Source of the DNA: Paraspadella gotoi
Taxonomy: Eukaryota; Animalia; Chaetognatha
Assembly (NCBI GenBank): GCA_051294375.1
Contig: CM119265.1
Location: forward strand, 3,682,467-3,746,466
Direction: 5' to 3'
DNA length: 64,000 nt
The translations under genes and the position numbers were made by a program. Of this stretch, positions 12,301 to 22,845 are shown in pieces. The notes beneath the pieces are model-generated. The model worked only from the letters and a program-made list of their open reading frames with translations. It made no database searches and was not told the DNA's origin. The first letter of the stretch is position 1, and each line of letters opens with the position of its first letter.

Positions 12301-13735
12301 GCTCCCTAGTGGCTCGAAAGGTTACAGCGGCGTCGTCATCGATGCGCTGGCGCCATCTTTCGTAATCTTGCGTAGTTAGGGTGCAGGCCAGCGCCTCAAG
12401 AAGTCGTCGATGCTCCGATCGGAGCCGTGCCAGAGTAGCGTGGCATCGGCTGACGAAATTCGAGAGAAGGCTTCGTTTCGCTCGCTCTATTACGCGAAGG
12501 TCTTTTTCTCTTGTTGTATTATTGCGAATTTGAATGGCGTCAGGTATTACGCCATATGTGCGACAGGATAGTGCGAAATGTAGATGGTTGGACCATCTTG
12601 AGAGTGCGTTCGAGACGTGCGAAAGTTTATTTATTAACGCTTTTGTGGGACGGTTTATAGAATTGGTAGCCATTGTGTTAATCCTTTCGGCTCGTTGAGT
12701 ATAGAGAATTAACAAAGTTTGGAAATGTTTTCGTCAACGATTTTTTATTAGTATACGGACATGTTTCGACTCTTCATTTCGAGTCTTCATCAGCAGTAAT
12801 GATGCATTAACAAATTTGTGTAAAAGAAGGGAGAGAGAGAGAGAGAGAAGAGAGAGTGAGAGAAAGAGAGAGAGAAGAGAGAGGGCCAAAAGTCCAACAC
12901 AGAGATAGTTGTTAAAGAATGAGTCAGTTTGAGTTGAGGACAGATCAGTTATGAAAAGAAGTGAAATGGTCAATTGGTGAAAGAGAGAGAGAGAGAGACA
13001 GAAGGAGAGAGGGAAGAGAGAGAGAGAGAGAGAAAAACAGGAGAGACAAAATAATACATTATGTAATGTACAACAAAGAATAAATTTAAACTAATGGTGA
13101 ATTTAACAATTATTCTAGTAATAAATAGATAGTAATGAAAGGAAAGAAAGTTTTTAAATGTGAAATGATACATTTTGTGAGGGATAGATAAGTGAATGTT
13201 AAAAGTGAAAAATTAAGAATTAAGATAGAGCTCAAAATGAGCTGTTGTTTTAAATTTGTTAACAATTCTGCAGATGACGTTAAAAAAAATTTAAATAATT
13301 TATCTTATATCTCGATAAACCTGCTAGAGGTTTGCTGTTTTAAAGTTTCCCTAGCAAAAAAAATAAAATAAAATAAAGATAGATAAAAAGTTCTTTCTGC
13401 AAAACAAAAAAAAAAAAAACAAAAAAAAATATGAAATAAAATTATGATCTTTTTTTTTTTAGCACAGCTTCTATAATATTTAACCTAAAAACCTTCATAT
13501 AGGCTTAAATAAAAGATCTTTATCTCAGTTTTTAAATAAACCCAAATTTTAATAAATAGGATGACAGACATGATCACATGTGTACAAACCAACCTGATGT
13601 CATTGGAGGAACATCGTCGTCTTCTTCTTCGTGTCCTTCGTCGTCGTCGTCGTCGTCGTCGTCGTCCATGACGTCGCCTTCTCGTTCCCTGTACAGTTGG
13701 AACTGGATTTGCATCGCGAGCTCATCGGCGTCCAT
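480..13735 (-). CDS. Ankyrin repeat and SOCS box (ASB-like) protein, multi-exon, 3' end probably outside window
   Basis: Phase-consistent GT-AG exons 13594-13735, 8601-8802, 8137-8191, 7836-8027, 6920-7045, 6505-6626, 1374-1537, 1190-1240, 1067-1122, 756-863, 480-647 (1386 nt, 462 codons). Acidic N-terminus (MDADELAMQ...DDDD); ankyrin repeats (HTPLGMAV...LLLDRGANPN; VARLLLLKGAKPN; STPLHRAC...LLLMFGA; GLAPIHKAC...LVRFGAD; GETPLVWTA; FLVEAGAN; DMTPLRSA); C-terminal SOCS box (SLRHLSRDTIRRRL...WPFVKDFLL). Confidence 0.9.
1585..1812. repeat. Degenerate minisatellite (taataggacaaagtcacagtc...)
   Basis: About five imperfect tandem units in ASB intron 6. Confidence 0.8.
2690..5565 (-). CDS. UDP-glycosyltransferase (GT1/UGT family), 8 exons, ~660 aa, nested in ASB intron 6
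   Basis: Exons 4912-5565, 4508-4805, 4175-4379, 3994-4112, 3594-3806, 3303-3458, 3036-3147, 2690-2915 splice in frame (1983 nt). Signal peptide, RGHRV motif, PSYIP, PMLPNAIPIGGIH, SFGS, UGT signature WIPQQALMSHPNAKAFVTHCGLLSLIE...GVPINADQ, AVWWMEYLLRH, TM helix, KRKLE ER-retrieval tail. Confidence 0.95.
7097..7460 (+). mobile_element. Possible Tc1/mariner 5' remnant
   Basis: TA-CAG..ggtcaaaaaaagttt TIR-like start, then KQLNPKKKAAIIEFLKVGLLRYRIAKQL, resembling a transposase N-terminal HTH. Confidence 0.4.
9163..9703 (-). repeat. 3' pseudo-LTR of Penelope-like element
   Basis: Direct repeat of 12709-13244 (ttaacaaagtttggaaatg...caaaatgagctg). Confidence 0.9.
9207..9256 (-). ncRNA. Minimal type I hammerhead ribozyme in 3' pLTR
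   Basis: Minus strand cauuacug-CUGAUGA-a-GACUC-gaaaugaa-GAGUC-GAAA-CAUGUC-cguau: intact core, 5-bp stem II, palindromic ACAUGU stem III, GUC cleavage triplet; stem I imperfect. Confidence 0.8.
9751..12673 (-). pseudogene. Penelope-like RT-GIY-YIG polyprotein ORF broken by frameshifts
   Basis: ATG at 12673 (MATNSINRP). Consecutive ORF fragments in shifting frames (11936-12715, 11646-11951, 11546-11731, 10906-11556, 10713-10916, 10314-10604, 10229-10441, 9751-10338) rebuild N-terminus, RT, thumb, EN (SGAVYWAAC...YVGETGKSL...AIAEH...H...REAIYIKALEPSLNRDGG) and a C-terminal tail. The indels may be sequencing errors. Confidence 0.85.
12709..13244 (-). repeat. 5' pseudo-LTR of Penelope-like element
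   Basis: Direct repeat of 9163-9703. Confidence 0.9.
12752..12800 (-). ncRNA. Minimal type I hammerhead ribozyme in 5' pLTR
   Basis: Identical core to the copy at 9207-9256. Confidence 0.8.
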
Positions 13736-15233
13736 GGTCGCGATAATTGCCGTTGACTGTTTCCCTTATTTTATAAATAGTCAATCACTCGCTCAAGACG
13801 AATCGAATGTGAATCGTGTGAATTAGCAAATTTCAATCTGCTCCTTCACAACTCGACTCACGGATGTTGGATCGAGTTGAGGCGTTTCATTGGAAGGATG
13901 AGATCATCACAAGGAGATGCTCTCATGTGAGAATTAAAGCTTTTTAAATATCAGAAATATCTTTACTTCATTGATTATTTATTGTTTTTACATTATTTTT
14001 GAACAGTAAATTTAAATACCTTTTGTATTTTCGGATTTATTTTTCTTTTTAACCTACTCCAGTTAAGAATGAGATATTGATGAAAAACCATGTTCTTTTG
14101 TTGATCAAATTATCAAAAACGAAGCTTATATATCGAGACTTTTAAAACTTTCTTTTGAAATGAACATCGAGTTCAGTTGAGCTAAGTCATCTTTATTTTC
14201 ATTTTTTATGCTCCCCCTCAAAGCTTGTTTCTCGAAAGCCAAAAAAAAATTCTAAATTTAATTAATATTGTATAAGTGTATATATTTTATCTGTTGAGGT
14301 TTTAAATTTATGCGCTGCATTTCTTCCAAGACAAACGGTAACGGTAGTTTATTCAACCAGATTCAGATTTACATTGACTAAATTTATATGTAGTAATTAA
14401 TGTTGTTGTTGTTGACTTTTATTCAATTCTTAGACCCGTTCAAAGAAACCGATGAATCAAATCTTAATATTTGATTTTATTCTGTTTTAACACTGGAGTT
14501 ATTTTTTTCATACCTATTTAATTTAATGGATACTCCATATGATCTAATTTTGTCATGAAGAAACTTTCCTGAACCAAATACTTTTTTCTTCCAACAAAAA
14601 CACGAATAAACTCGATCCTTAAAAGTTCGGGGAGACCCAGTTCCTTGTGACCTTTTCTCCTCTTCCTCTTCCTCATCTCCTCTCGCTCCTTCATCTCCAA
14701 CTTACTCTCCCCTTAAAAAAACCAAAAAAAAAAAACAAAAAAAAACAAAAACAAAACCAGTTCAGCCTCAGGAACTTTCTCTCTTTCTCTCTTTCTTAAT
14801 CGATGCTCTTCTGTTCGGCTTCTCTCCTCGAACCCGATTCCATGCGATCCTGGCGTCGGACACGTTAAACTGAATTCGTTCTGGACTCTCGAAACCGATT
14901 TAGTGTTGTGTGTTTGTCTCCCGATCAGCAGCTGGAGTAAACAAGGACGAAAAAAGAGCGAGAGCGAGAGAAAGATAGAGAGCGAGAGAATTTTTTCAAG
15001 CTACTCGTCCATTAATTTAATTATTTTTTTTAAATCGACAATTTTTTTAGCTTCAGGATCTACGAAGATCGTTTTCTTCGCCAATGAAATCCTCGCGCAG
15101 AGCCTCGATCAAGATCTGGCCGGCTGGAGAAGGATAGAGACAGAGACGAGAGATATCGAGAGAGGAAGAACTGTGGGAAAGAGAGAGAGGGGAAGAACCC
15201 GAGAAGGAGAATAGGAGAACGGAGAATGGAGCT

Positions 15234-15461
15234 ATGGTGATAACGCGAAGAAAGGACGCCGAGGCGTCGTCGTCGTCGGACGGCGCGCTCCGCGAGACGG
15301 CGCCGGCGCCAACGCCGCCACGAGCGCCTCCCGGAGCGACGACGACGATGACGACGACGACAACGTCGCGCCCGGACGACGAGAACGAGGACGACGATGA
15401 CGTCGACGCGAAAGAATCGTCTTCCGTCGATGACGGTCGCGTCGCGTCTTCGCGAGTTTCG

Positions 15462-15510
<49 letters not shown>

Positions 15511-16783
15511 AAACTTCTCTCATCTCGAATTCAACGAACCTCGAATTCGATTCTTTTTCGGTGGAAACGAAAAATCGAAAAGCGACGCTGAGGATCGAAT
15601 GCGATCAAGAAGTCAACATATGCGATCAAGTCACAATCGCATGCGGTCAAGTCCTCACCGGATGCGGGCAAAACGAACTCAAAAAGGAACGTCCTGACAA
15701 ATTATCTGCCAAATGCGATCAAAGAGACAACGAAGATGCGATCAGAGACGATAGAAGCGTCATCGATTATTCGCGTAGAGTAGTTGCGATCAGAGAAGAC
15801 GCTCGTGCAGTCAAATATGCGAACGAAGACGATGACGAATTTCGCGAATCATTTTCGACTCGAAAAACAAAAGAGAATCGAATTTCGATCCTCGATGCGA
15901 TCAAACGAAATGCGATCAAAGATTCAAGAGTAAAAAATACGAACAAAGAATCGACTTTCGGCGAATATTCTTCGACCAAAGACGATACGGCCTCTAGTTT
16001 CGTCCTCAGTCTCGTCAAACACAAATCCAAAGACGAAATCGTCGTAGATAAATTAAAAATCGACGAGGAAATCGCCGAGAATAAAACGCCGTCCAAAGGC
16101 GAATTCGCCGCGCGCAAGAAACCGTCCAGAGACGAAATCGTCGCGAGCGAAACGACGAAGAACGACGATCGCCGTTGGAGAAGGACGAAGGAGATAAATT
16201 TCGAGGCGGAGAAAGACGAAGACGACGAACCGAAAATTCGACGTCGACGACCGGAAATGACGACGTTGACGTCGTTGACGCCGCATCTGACCCTCTCGAG
16301 AATCGAGGAGATGAGGAACGAGGATGAGGAGATGAAGGAGGAGTTGAGGAGGATGAGCGACGGAGAGGAGGAGAGGGAAGAGAGGTTGAGAGAAGAGACG
16401 AGGAGAGAGTTGAGGAGTCGAATCAGAGAAGTTGAGGACCTCGAGACGACGACGACGACGACGACGACGATTAACGACGACGACGTTTATAGCGACGAGA
16501 AAAAAGTGGAGCGATCCGACGACGAGGAAGACGACGACGAAAACGACGACAAACAAGGTAAGTTTGAGGGTGAGTGATGGAAGGAAGAGAAAGTTTTATC
16601 GTCCAATTCATTATTCCTTTAAAAAGGTCAAAATATTCCCAGAGTGTATCTATATTTCATCAATATTATTTTGAAAAGAAATAATTATTAGAACCATGAT
16701 AGGTAATCATATGGGTAATAAAAATAATAATAAGTAACAAGTTGTATTTTATGTAAAATGTGTTGATATTCCTTGCAAAAAAT

Positions 16784-16841
<58 letters not shown>

Positions 16842-18907
16842 ATCGGAAAATGTGATCTTTTCTCCAGAGAAAAATGACAAATTCCTTAATCATGAATCCC
16901 GAGTCTCATCTCCTCTTTGATTTCCTAATAATGACTCTTTATATTTTCCCTTATTTTTTTCTCCTTTATTCTCCTTTTTTCTTAATCATTTATTTTTTCT
17001 ACTTATTTTCTTTTCCTCTTTTTATTTCTTTTTCTTTTCCGAATGTTTCTTTCCTTTTCTTTTTCTCTTTTCTTTCTTTCCTTTTCTTTTCTTCCTTTCT
17101 TTTTTCCTTTTCTTTTCCTCCTTTCTTTCCTTTTCTTTTCCCCCTTTCTTTTGTCCTTTTCTTTTCTTCCTTTCTTTCTTTCCTTTTATTTTCCTCCTAT
17201 CTTTCCTTTTCTTTTCCACCTTTCTATTTTCCTTTTTTTTTCTTCCTTTCTTTCTTTCCTTTTCTTTTCCTCCTTTCTTTCCTTTTCTTTTCCTCCTTTC
17301 TTTCTCTCCTTTTCTTTTCTTCCTTTCTTTCTCTCCTTTTCTTTTCCTCCTTTCTTTCCTTTCCTTTTTCTCCTTTCTTTCTTTCCTTTTCTTTTCCTTC
17401 TTTCTTTCCTTTTCTTTTCCTTCTTTCTTTCATTTTATTTTCCACCTTTCTTTCCTTTTCTTTTTCTCTATTCTTTCTTTCTTTTCTTTTCCTCCTTTCT
17501 TTCTTTCCTTTTCCTCCTTTCTTTCCTTTTCGTTTCCCCCTTTTTTTTTCTTTTCCTCCGTTATTTCTTTCATTTTCTTTTCCTCCTTTCTTTCTTTCCT
17601 TTTCCTCCTTTCCTTTTCTTTTCCCCTTTCTTTTTTCCTTTTCTTTTCCTCATTTCTTTCCTTTTCTTTTCCTCCTTTCTTTCCTTTTCTTTTCCTCCTT
17701 TCTTTATTTCCTTTTTTTGTCCTCCTCTTTTCAAGTGGCGCGAAGACGTCGAGTAAAAGCGAGGAATTTCATAGATTCTGTGATTGATTGTGCGATCAGA
17801 GTCTCGTTCACTTCTCTCTCATTCATACGCGTTCACTTCTCTCTCATTCATACGCGTTCACTTCTCTCTCATTCTTACGCGTTCACTTCTTCTCTTTGAT
17901 TAGTACGCGTTCACTTTTATTTCACTTTTCATTCATTCATCCATTCGTTTGTTTGTTCGCCTGTTCATTCATTCGTTCGCCTGCTGGTTCGTCCGTTCAT
18001 TCATTCGCCTTTTGTTCGTTCGTTCGCCTGTTCTTTCGTTGATTCGCTCGTTCGTTAGTTAGTTCGTTCATTCCTCCGTTCATTCGCCAGTTCGTTCATC
18101 CTTTCGTTCGTTCGTTCATTCATTCGCTTTTCGTTCGTTTGTCCTTTCGTTTGTTAGTTTGCCTGTATGTTCGTTGGTTTGCTCGTTCGTTAGTTAGTTA
18201 GTACGTTCGTTCGTTCGTTCGTTCGTCCGTTCATTCGCCAGTTAGTTCGTTCGTCCTTTCGTTCGTTCGTTCGTTCATTCATTTGTTCATTCATTCACAA
18301 ATTCCTTCATTCTTTCTTTTCGTAATAGAACATTTTCTCTTTTTTCTTTCTTCTTCTTCTAATAAAACCTGACAAAATCTTTTTCCGTGTAATCGCTTTC
18401 CTCATCCATCAAAAAACTACAACGAAAAAAGTTAAATCCAAAGAAATGAAATGACGCAACAATGAATTGGGAACGAGGCTGACGACGACGACGACGACGA
18501 CGACGACGGAAACAACGATAACGGCAAAGATGACAGCGACAAAAACAAAAATTACATGTACATTCATGTATGGAAATTAAAAAAAAACTATGTACTTAAA
18601 TATTCAAACAGGATCAAACGGTACAAAGACAAAAATGAGCGATAAAAATGATTGTTATTAAATATTTCAGATATTTTTATTCATTGACGGAAAAAAGGAA
18701 CAAATTACATTGTGAATCTTCATTTGTCTTTGTGAGTTAGATTTCAATTGATTTTGCTTTTACGAAGATATCGTTGTATTAAAACAAAAGCCAATATGTA
18801 AGCGTCTTACAAAAAATTAACATTCCTATAAATAGATTAACAAATATTCCTCGACTGGTCAGGAGGAGATGCGTCGTATCATTGCCTCGCGAGAAACCTC
18901 AGTCTAA
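15234..18907 (+). CDS. Uncharacterised low-complexity/acidic protein (~477 aa), 3 coding exons
   Basis: Non-microsatellite 441-codon open exon 15234-16557 ending at AG|gtaagt; phase-matched exons 17736-17800 (VARRRRVKARNFIDSVIDCAIR, weak donor gtctcg) and 18863-18907 (EEMRRIIASRETSV*). An upstream acceptor lies near 15050. Confidence 0.65.
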
Positions 18908-19296
18908 GATGACGCGAGAAGCGAACGTCGAAAAAAAGAAGAGAATAAAAAAAAGGAAAAAAAGAAAAAAGAAGGAAAAAGAGAAAAAGAAATAAGGAAA
19001 AGATGAGAAGGAAAAGATTCGACGCGTCGTCCGTCAAAAATCTTTCACTTTTGGCAAAAACGAGAAAATAAACGCGTTAAAAACTTTGGAGTCCTCGTTT
19101 CTGATCTGATGGCAACGACGACGATGATAACGATGATGATGATGATGACGATGATGGTGATGATGATAATGATGATGTTAATAATGTGTGCAACATGATT
19201 TAAACCTCGTTTTATCGCGCTGTTTTAAAATGGGAAAATAATTCGATGACGACGAGGGGCTACATAATAACGAAGTCAAATGACAATCAAACAAAA

Positions 19297-20234
19297 CAAG
19301 GGTGGCTTGTACTATGACATTGGCCTATTGACAACCATGAATTAATTGACAATTGATAACTTTTGACAACCTATGATGATTTACAGATTGGCACAATGAC
19401 TCATACAAAAATTTTTCACACTCACTAAATTAATCTGCAGAGTTGTCAACAAATTTGAAGCAACTGGAGACCTTGGATGAGTTGTTGGAAGAAGGCGGCC
19501 TTGCGTGTCCACGAAGAGCAAGGACGATGACCTGGAAAGTCTCGCAATTAAGACCGTAAGGCTTCTGCAAGCCAGTTGAGAAAAATATGGAGAGAAGAGA
19601 AATTGTTGCCAGTCATTCAACAGTGAATGGGCGGATTTTCATGGAGGATGAAGCTCCTGGATACAAAGCCAAAACCCCCCAGAAATATCACGAGGAAAAC
19701 GTGATCGAGGTGCTCAAAGTTTGGCTCGGAAACTCACCTGACTGCGACATCATCGAAAATGTCTGGTCAAGGATGAAAAGGGACATTTTGCAGTACAATG
19801 CAATGACAGTCTACAAAATCAATAAAATTTTAAAACGAAATTGGGGTAGCTGAACCCTTCATATTTGCGCAGCCTCTATGACTCTCTCCTTCGTCGCATG
19901 GAAGCGGTGCTGGGGTGGGAACAAATGGTGGTCTGACCAAGTACGAATTATTTGAGTCATAAAAAGTGTAATTTTCCGTCAAATAGCGAAATAAAATGCT
20001 TTTATCACTATTTTTAAACTTTTTTTGAGCAGATTTGTAGATTCGTAATTTTTAAATTAAATTTTAAGCTTAAAATCTAGTAGCTCTAATGTTTTTTAAA
20101 AGTATAAACCAATTGTTAACCCTTATCCCTAATCAAAACTCTAACCAAATCCTTAACATATTTCTTATCCCTAAGCCCCAAGCTAATTATTAAACTTAAC
20201 AAGAAAGGTGATTCCAATGTGTTGCGCCACAGTG
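19297..20234 (+). mobile_element. Degenerate, internally deleted Tc1/mariner DNA transposon
   Basis: Remnant motifs IFMEDEAPGYKAK and WLGNSPDCDIIENVWSRMKR (cf. QDNAP-H / WP-NSPDLNPIENLW); right end ccaatgtgttgcgccacagtg is TIR-like. Confidence 0.8.
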
Positions 20235-20921
20235 ACTTTATTTTCACATGATGTGACATGACATGATATGACTAAAAAACTTTTTTTGCCTGTATATTTA
20301 TGACATGCACTGCATCAAAATTCCTTATACAGGGACTTATATCCGGAGTGATACAAAAAACTCGAAACAAAGAGAAATCAGATTAAAAATTTTTTTCATT
20401 CTAATAGAAAAATATTTGATTATTTTTACCAATTCGTAACATTTCCTCCGAGAGTAAATTTCTAAAGAAGCAGAATTTTTACTTTAAATGTTTTCAATAA
20501 AACAATTGAATTTTTTTTCATGCTTCATTTTTTTGAATAGTGTAGTATAGTATATGTATCACGAACAAGATTTAAAAAAATGTTTATAATATGAATAATA
20601 CTTGATAATAATCATCACGTTTTCCCTTTAAAATCTATTAAAAATAAAAATTTCAGTTTAGGGGAATAAAATTATGAAAGACAACTTTTTTGATAAATGA
20701 TCGTTAAGATAGTAAATAATAACAAATCACCAAACTAACTTTTTATTACTAAAATTTTTTATTTTTATATCAGAAAAATTGTTAAAATGAAGAAAAGTTA
20801 CTCCGCGCTTGAAAATCACTGTGATTATACTATTAGAAAATTGGAACATTTTTTTAGGTCAATAAAACGTCAAGTAGTTTTCTAACTAATAAATGTTATA
20901 AAAATAACATTTAAGTAAGTT

Positions 20922-20970
20922 GACACCAGTCTCTTTGGAGGCGTGGGTTCGAATCCCACAACTGCCACCA
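20922..20970 (+). pseudogene. Retroposed 3' half of tRNA-Leu with CCA tail
   Basis: caccagtctctttggaggcgtgggttcgaatcccacaactgcca+cca is the long variable arm, T-arm (GGTTCGAATCC) and acceptor 3' strand typical of tRNA-Leu. Flanked by direct repeat catttaagta (20908-20917, 20971-20980). Confidence 0.8.
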
Positions 20971-21174
20971 CATTTAAGTAGTAAGTAGACAGAGATTTCA
21001 ACTTGAATTCAAAGTGGAATTTATTCTCAGATAGAAGATAAGCAAGACGGTGTGAGAATTTGAGACAGTCTTTTCGTATCGGTCCAGATTAAAGTCCCTG
21101 TAATTTAGGAATTCCTGAGGGGGAGCGAGCAATCCCTTATATTTGAGGTTTTTTTCTGTCTTAATAAATGAGCA

Positions 21175-21272
21175 GATATACCGACCGACCGACCAACCGA
21201 CGGACCGACCGTCAGACCGACCAAAAATTGACTTTTAGAGTTACTCCGCGAGTACTCGCGGCGCAACTAAAA
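21175..21272 (+). mobile_element. 3' end of another Helitron/HINE-like family
   Basis: (CCGA)n followed by tagagttactccgcgagtactcgcggcgcaactaaaaa hairpin; inverted relative at ~34703-34770 and a duplicate at ~29500-29592. Confidence 0.5.
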
Positions 21273-21364
21273 ATAAATGTAATTATGAATTTAAGTTAAA
21301 ATGGGACACTTTCGGGAAAAAAGGGTCAATGAGTTATGAAGATTAACAACAATTAGTTTAACAG

Positions 21365-21890
21365 GATTGACAGCGACGAATGACGACGATTGACAACGAC
21401 GACTTACGACGATTGACAACGATGAATGACGACGATTGACAACGACGAATGACGACGATGACAATGACGAATTACAACAATTGACAACGACGACTTACGA
21501 TGATTGATAAGGACGAATGACGACGATTGACAACAACGAATGACAACGATTGACAATGACGAATGACGACAATTGACAACGAGGAATTACAACGATTGAC
21601 AACGACGACTTATGATGATTGACAATGACGAATGACGACAATTGACAATGACGAATGATGACGATTGACAATGACAACTTACGATGATTGACATCGACGA
21701 ATGATGATGATTGACAATGACAAATGATGACGATTGACAACAATGACTTAGGACGATTGACTACGACGAATGACAATTGATATCGACGAATGACGACGAT
21801 TGACAACGACGAATGACGACGATTGACAACGACGAATTACAACGATTGACAACGACGACTTACGACGATTGACAACGACGAATGACGACC
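21365..21890. repeat. ~21-bp minisatellite (gacgattgacaacgacgaat-like)
   Basis: Degenerate tandem units; a longer version lies at ~29686-30350. Confidence 0.9.
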
Positions 21891-21893
21891 AAC

Positions 21894-22104
21894 TCGTTTT
21901 CCGAACCAATGAGTTCCATTTTCTCGCGACTTCTTCTCTTCGTCCTTTGCTGCTGCTGCTGCATCAACTTCGAATATGGCTGCAGCTGCTGTAGTGGCGG
22001 AAGCTGTCGCGGCGCAGCCGAAGACGCGGCACAGATTTTTTTTTCTTCCCCGAAAACCACAAATCGTTTTGTCTCCTGACTTTTTCGAGAAGAGATTTTT
22101 GTTT
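21894..22104 (-). CDS. Candidate exon of an unidentified minus-strand gene
   Basis: Strong acceptor ttttcttttgacag, GC-rich open phase-1 frame ETKISSRK...LQQLQPYSKLMQQQQQRTKRRSREKMELIGSEN, possible donor gttggt. A copy with indels lies at 30352-30561. Confidence 0.4.
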
Positions 22105-22140
22105 CTGTCAAAAGAAAAAAAACATCAGACACTAGCGCGA

Positions 22141-22233
<93 letters not shown>

Positions 22234-22584
22234 GAGAGAATGAAAGAAGGAAAGGCATGGTCCGTGACTCCCTTCGATAAGTTAACGTTGCTATCGCTCA
22301 CGCTCTCTCCCGTCGATGGGCGAACGCGTCTCTTTCTTAATGCTTTATTAGTTTTACAATTATATTAAACTTTTCTTAGGCAATACTTGGATTTTTAAAT
22401 GCAACGAGAAGTCATTTCTTAGATATTTTCGTTGATCATTTTCAAATTAATTCAAATGTTTTCTGTTTGACAAATCATAAAAAAAAAAAATAAAAAAAAA
22501 TCATCGTAGCCAGTGACAATTTTTGGTTAGAACAATACAATCCGAAGAGGTTGTTCTAAATAGTCAATGGCCAAAAGGGCTATA

Positions 22585-22845
22585 TTTTCCCAGAACACCC
22601 CATTTCATCTTAAATTCAGAATTAGGTTAATTATATGAATTAAAGATTAGGTTGGATTAAGAATTTGGTTAAGGATCAGTTTAGTGATTAGGGTTCAGGG
22701 TTAGAGTTTAGGAGTTAGGTATTAAGGTTAAGGATTAGGGTAACAGATTAAGCTATAGGTTTCAAAATATTTTTATGGTAAGTATTAAGATAAAATTAAA
22801 TTCTGGGAAAAAGGAACAGAAATGGGGAACTTTTGGGAAAGCGAG
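22585..22845. mobile_element. MITE-like element with TIRs and TTAGGG-like internal repeats
   Basis: ttttcccagaacaccccatttc...gaaatggggaacttttgggaaa inverted ends; related copies near 31040-31295 and 37596-37742. Confidence 0.55.

Larger units (their letters stand above)
9163..13244 (-). mobile_element. Penelope-like retroelement (RT + GIY-YIG endonuclease) with ~540-bp direct terminal repeats (pseudo-LTRs)
   Basis: Near-identical direct repeats 9163-9703 and 12709-13244 flank a frameshifted ORF with PLE motifs LRKGLSFVP, DKGRAAVVMD, GQPKVHKPDLPLRPIVS, LVSCDLTSMFTNIP, GLGMG, WYRKADDT, VYRKPTHTDQY and GAVY..C..C..YVGETG. Lies in ASB intron 1. Confidence 0.95.

Noticed and set aside
9163-13244. 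LTR retrotransposon interpretation of the direct terminal repeats
   Set aside because: No gag, protease or integrase, no TG...CA ends, PBS or TSD; the RT and GIY-YIG motifs are Penelope-type.
16874-17899. 341-aa Phe/Ser/Leu-rich ORF and the many similar F/S/L, K/E/R or ER-repeat ORFs across the window
   Set aside because: Translations of (TTTC)n/(CT)n/(GA)n microsatellites; only 17736-17800 looks exonic.
20922-20970. Functional tRNA gene
   Set aside because: The 5' half (acceptor 5' strand, D-arm/A box, anticodon) is missing.
21365-21890. Regular repeat array that could suggest a CRISPR array
   Set aside because: Contiguous degenerate 21-bp units with no unique spacers, no cas genes, and a eukaryotic context.
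22680-22760. TTAGGG-like telomeric repeats
   Set aside because: Short, degenerate and internal to a MITE-like element; not a telomere array.
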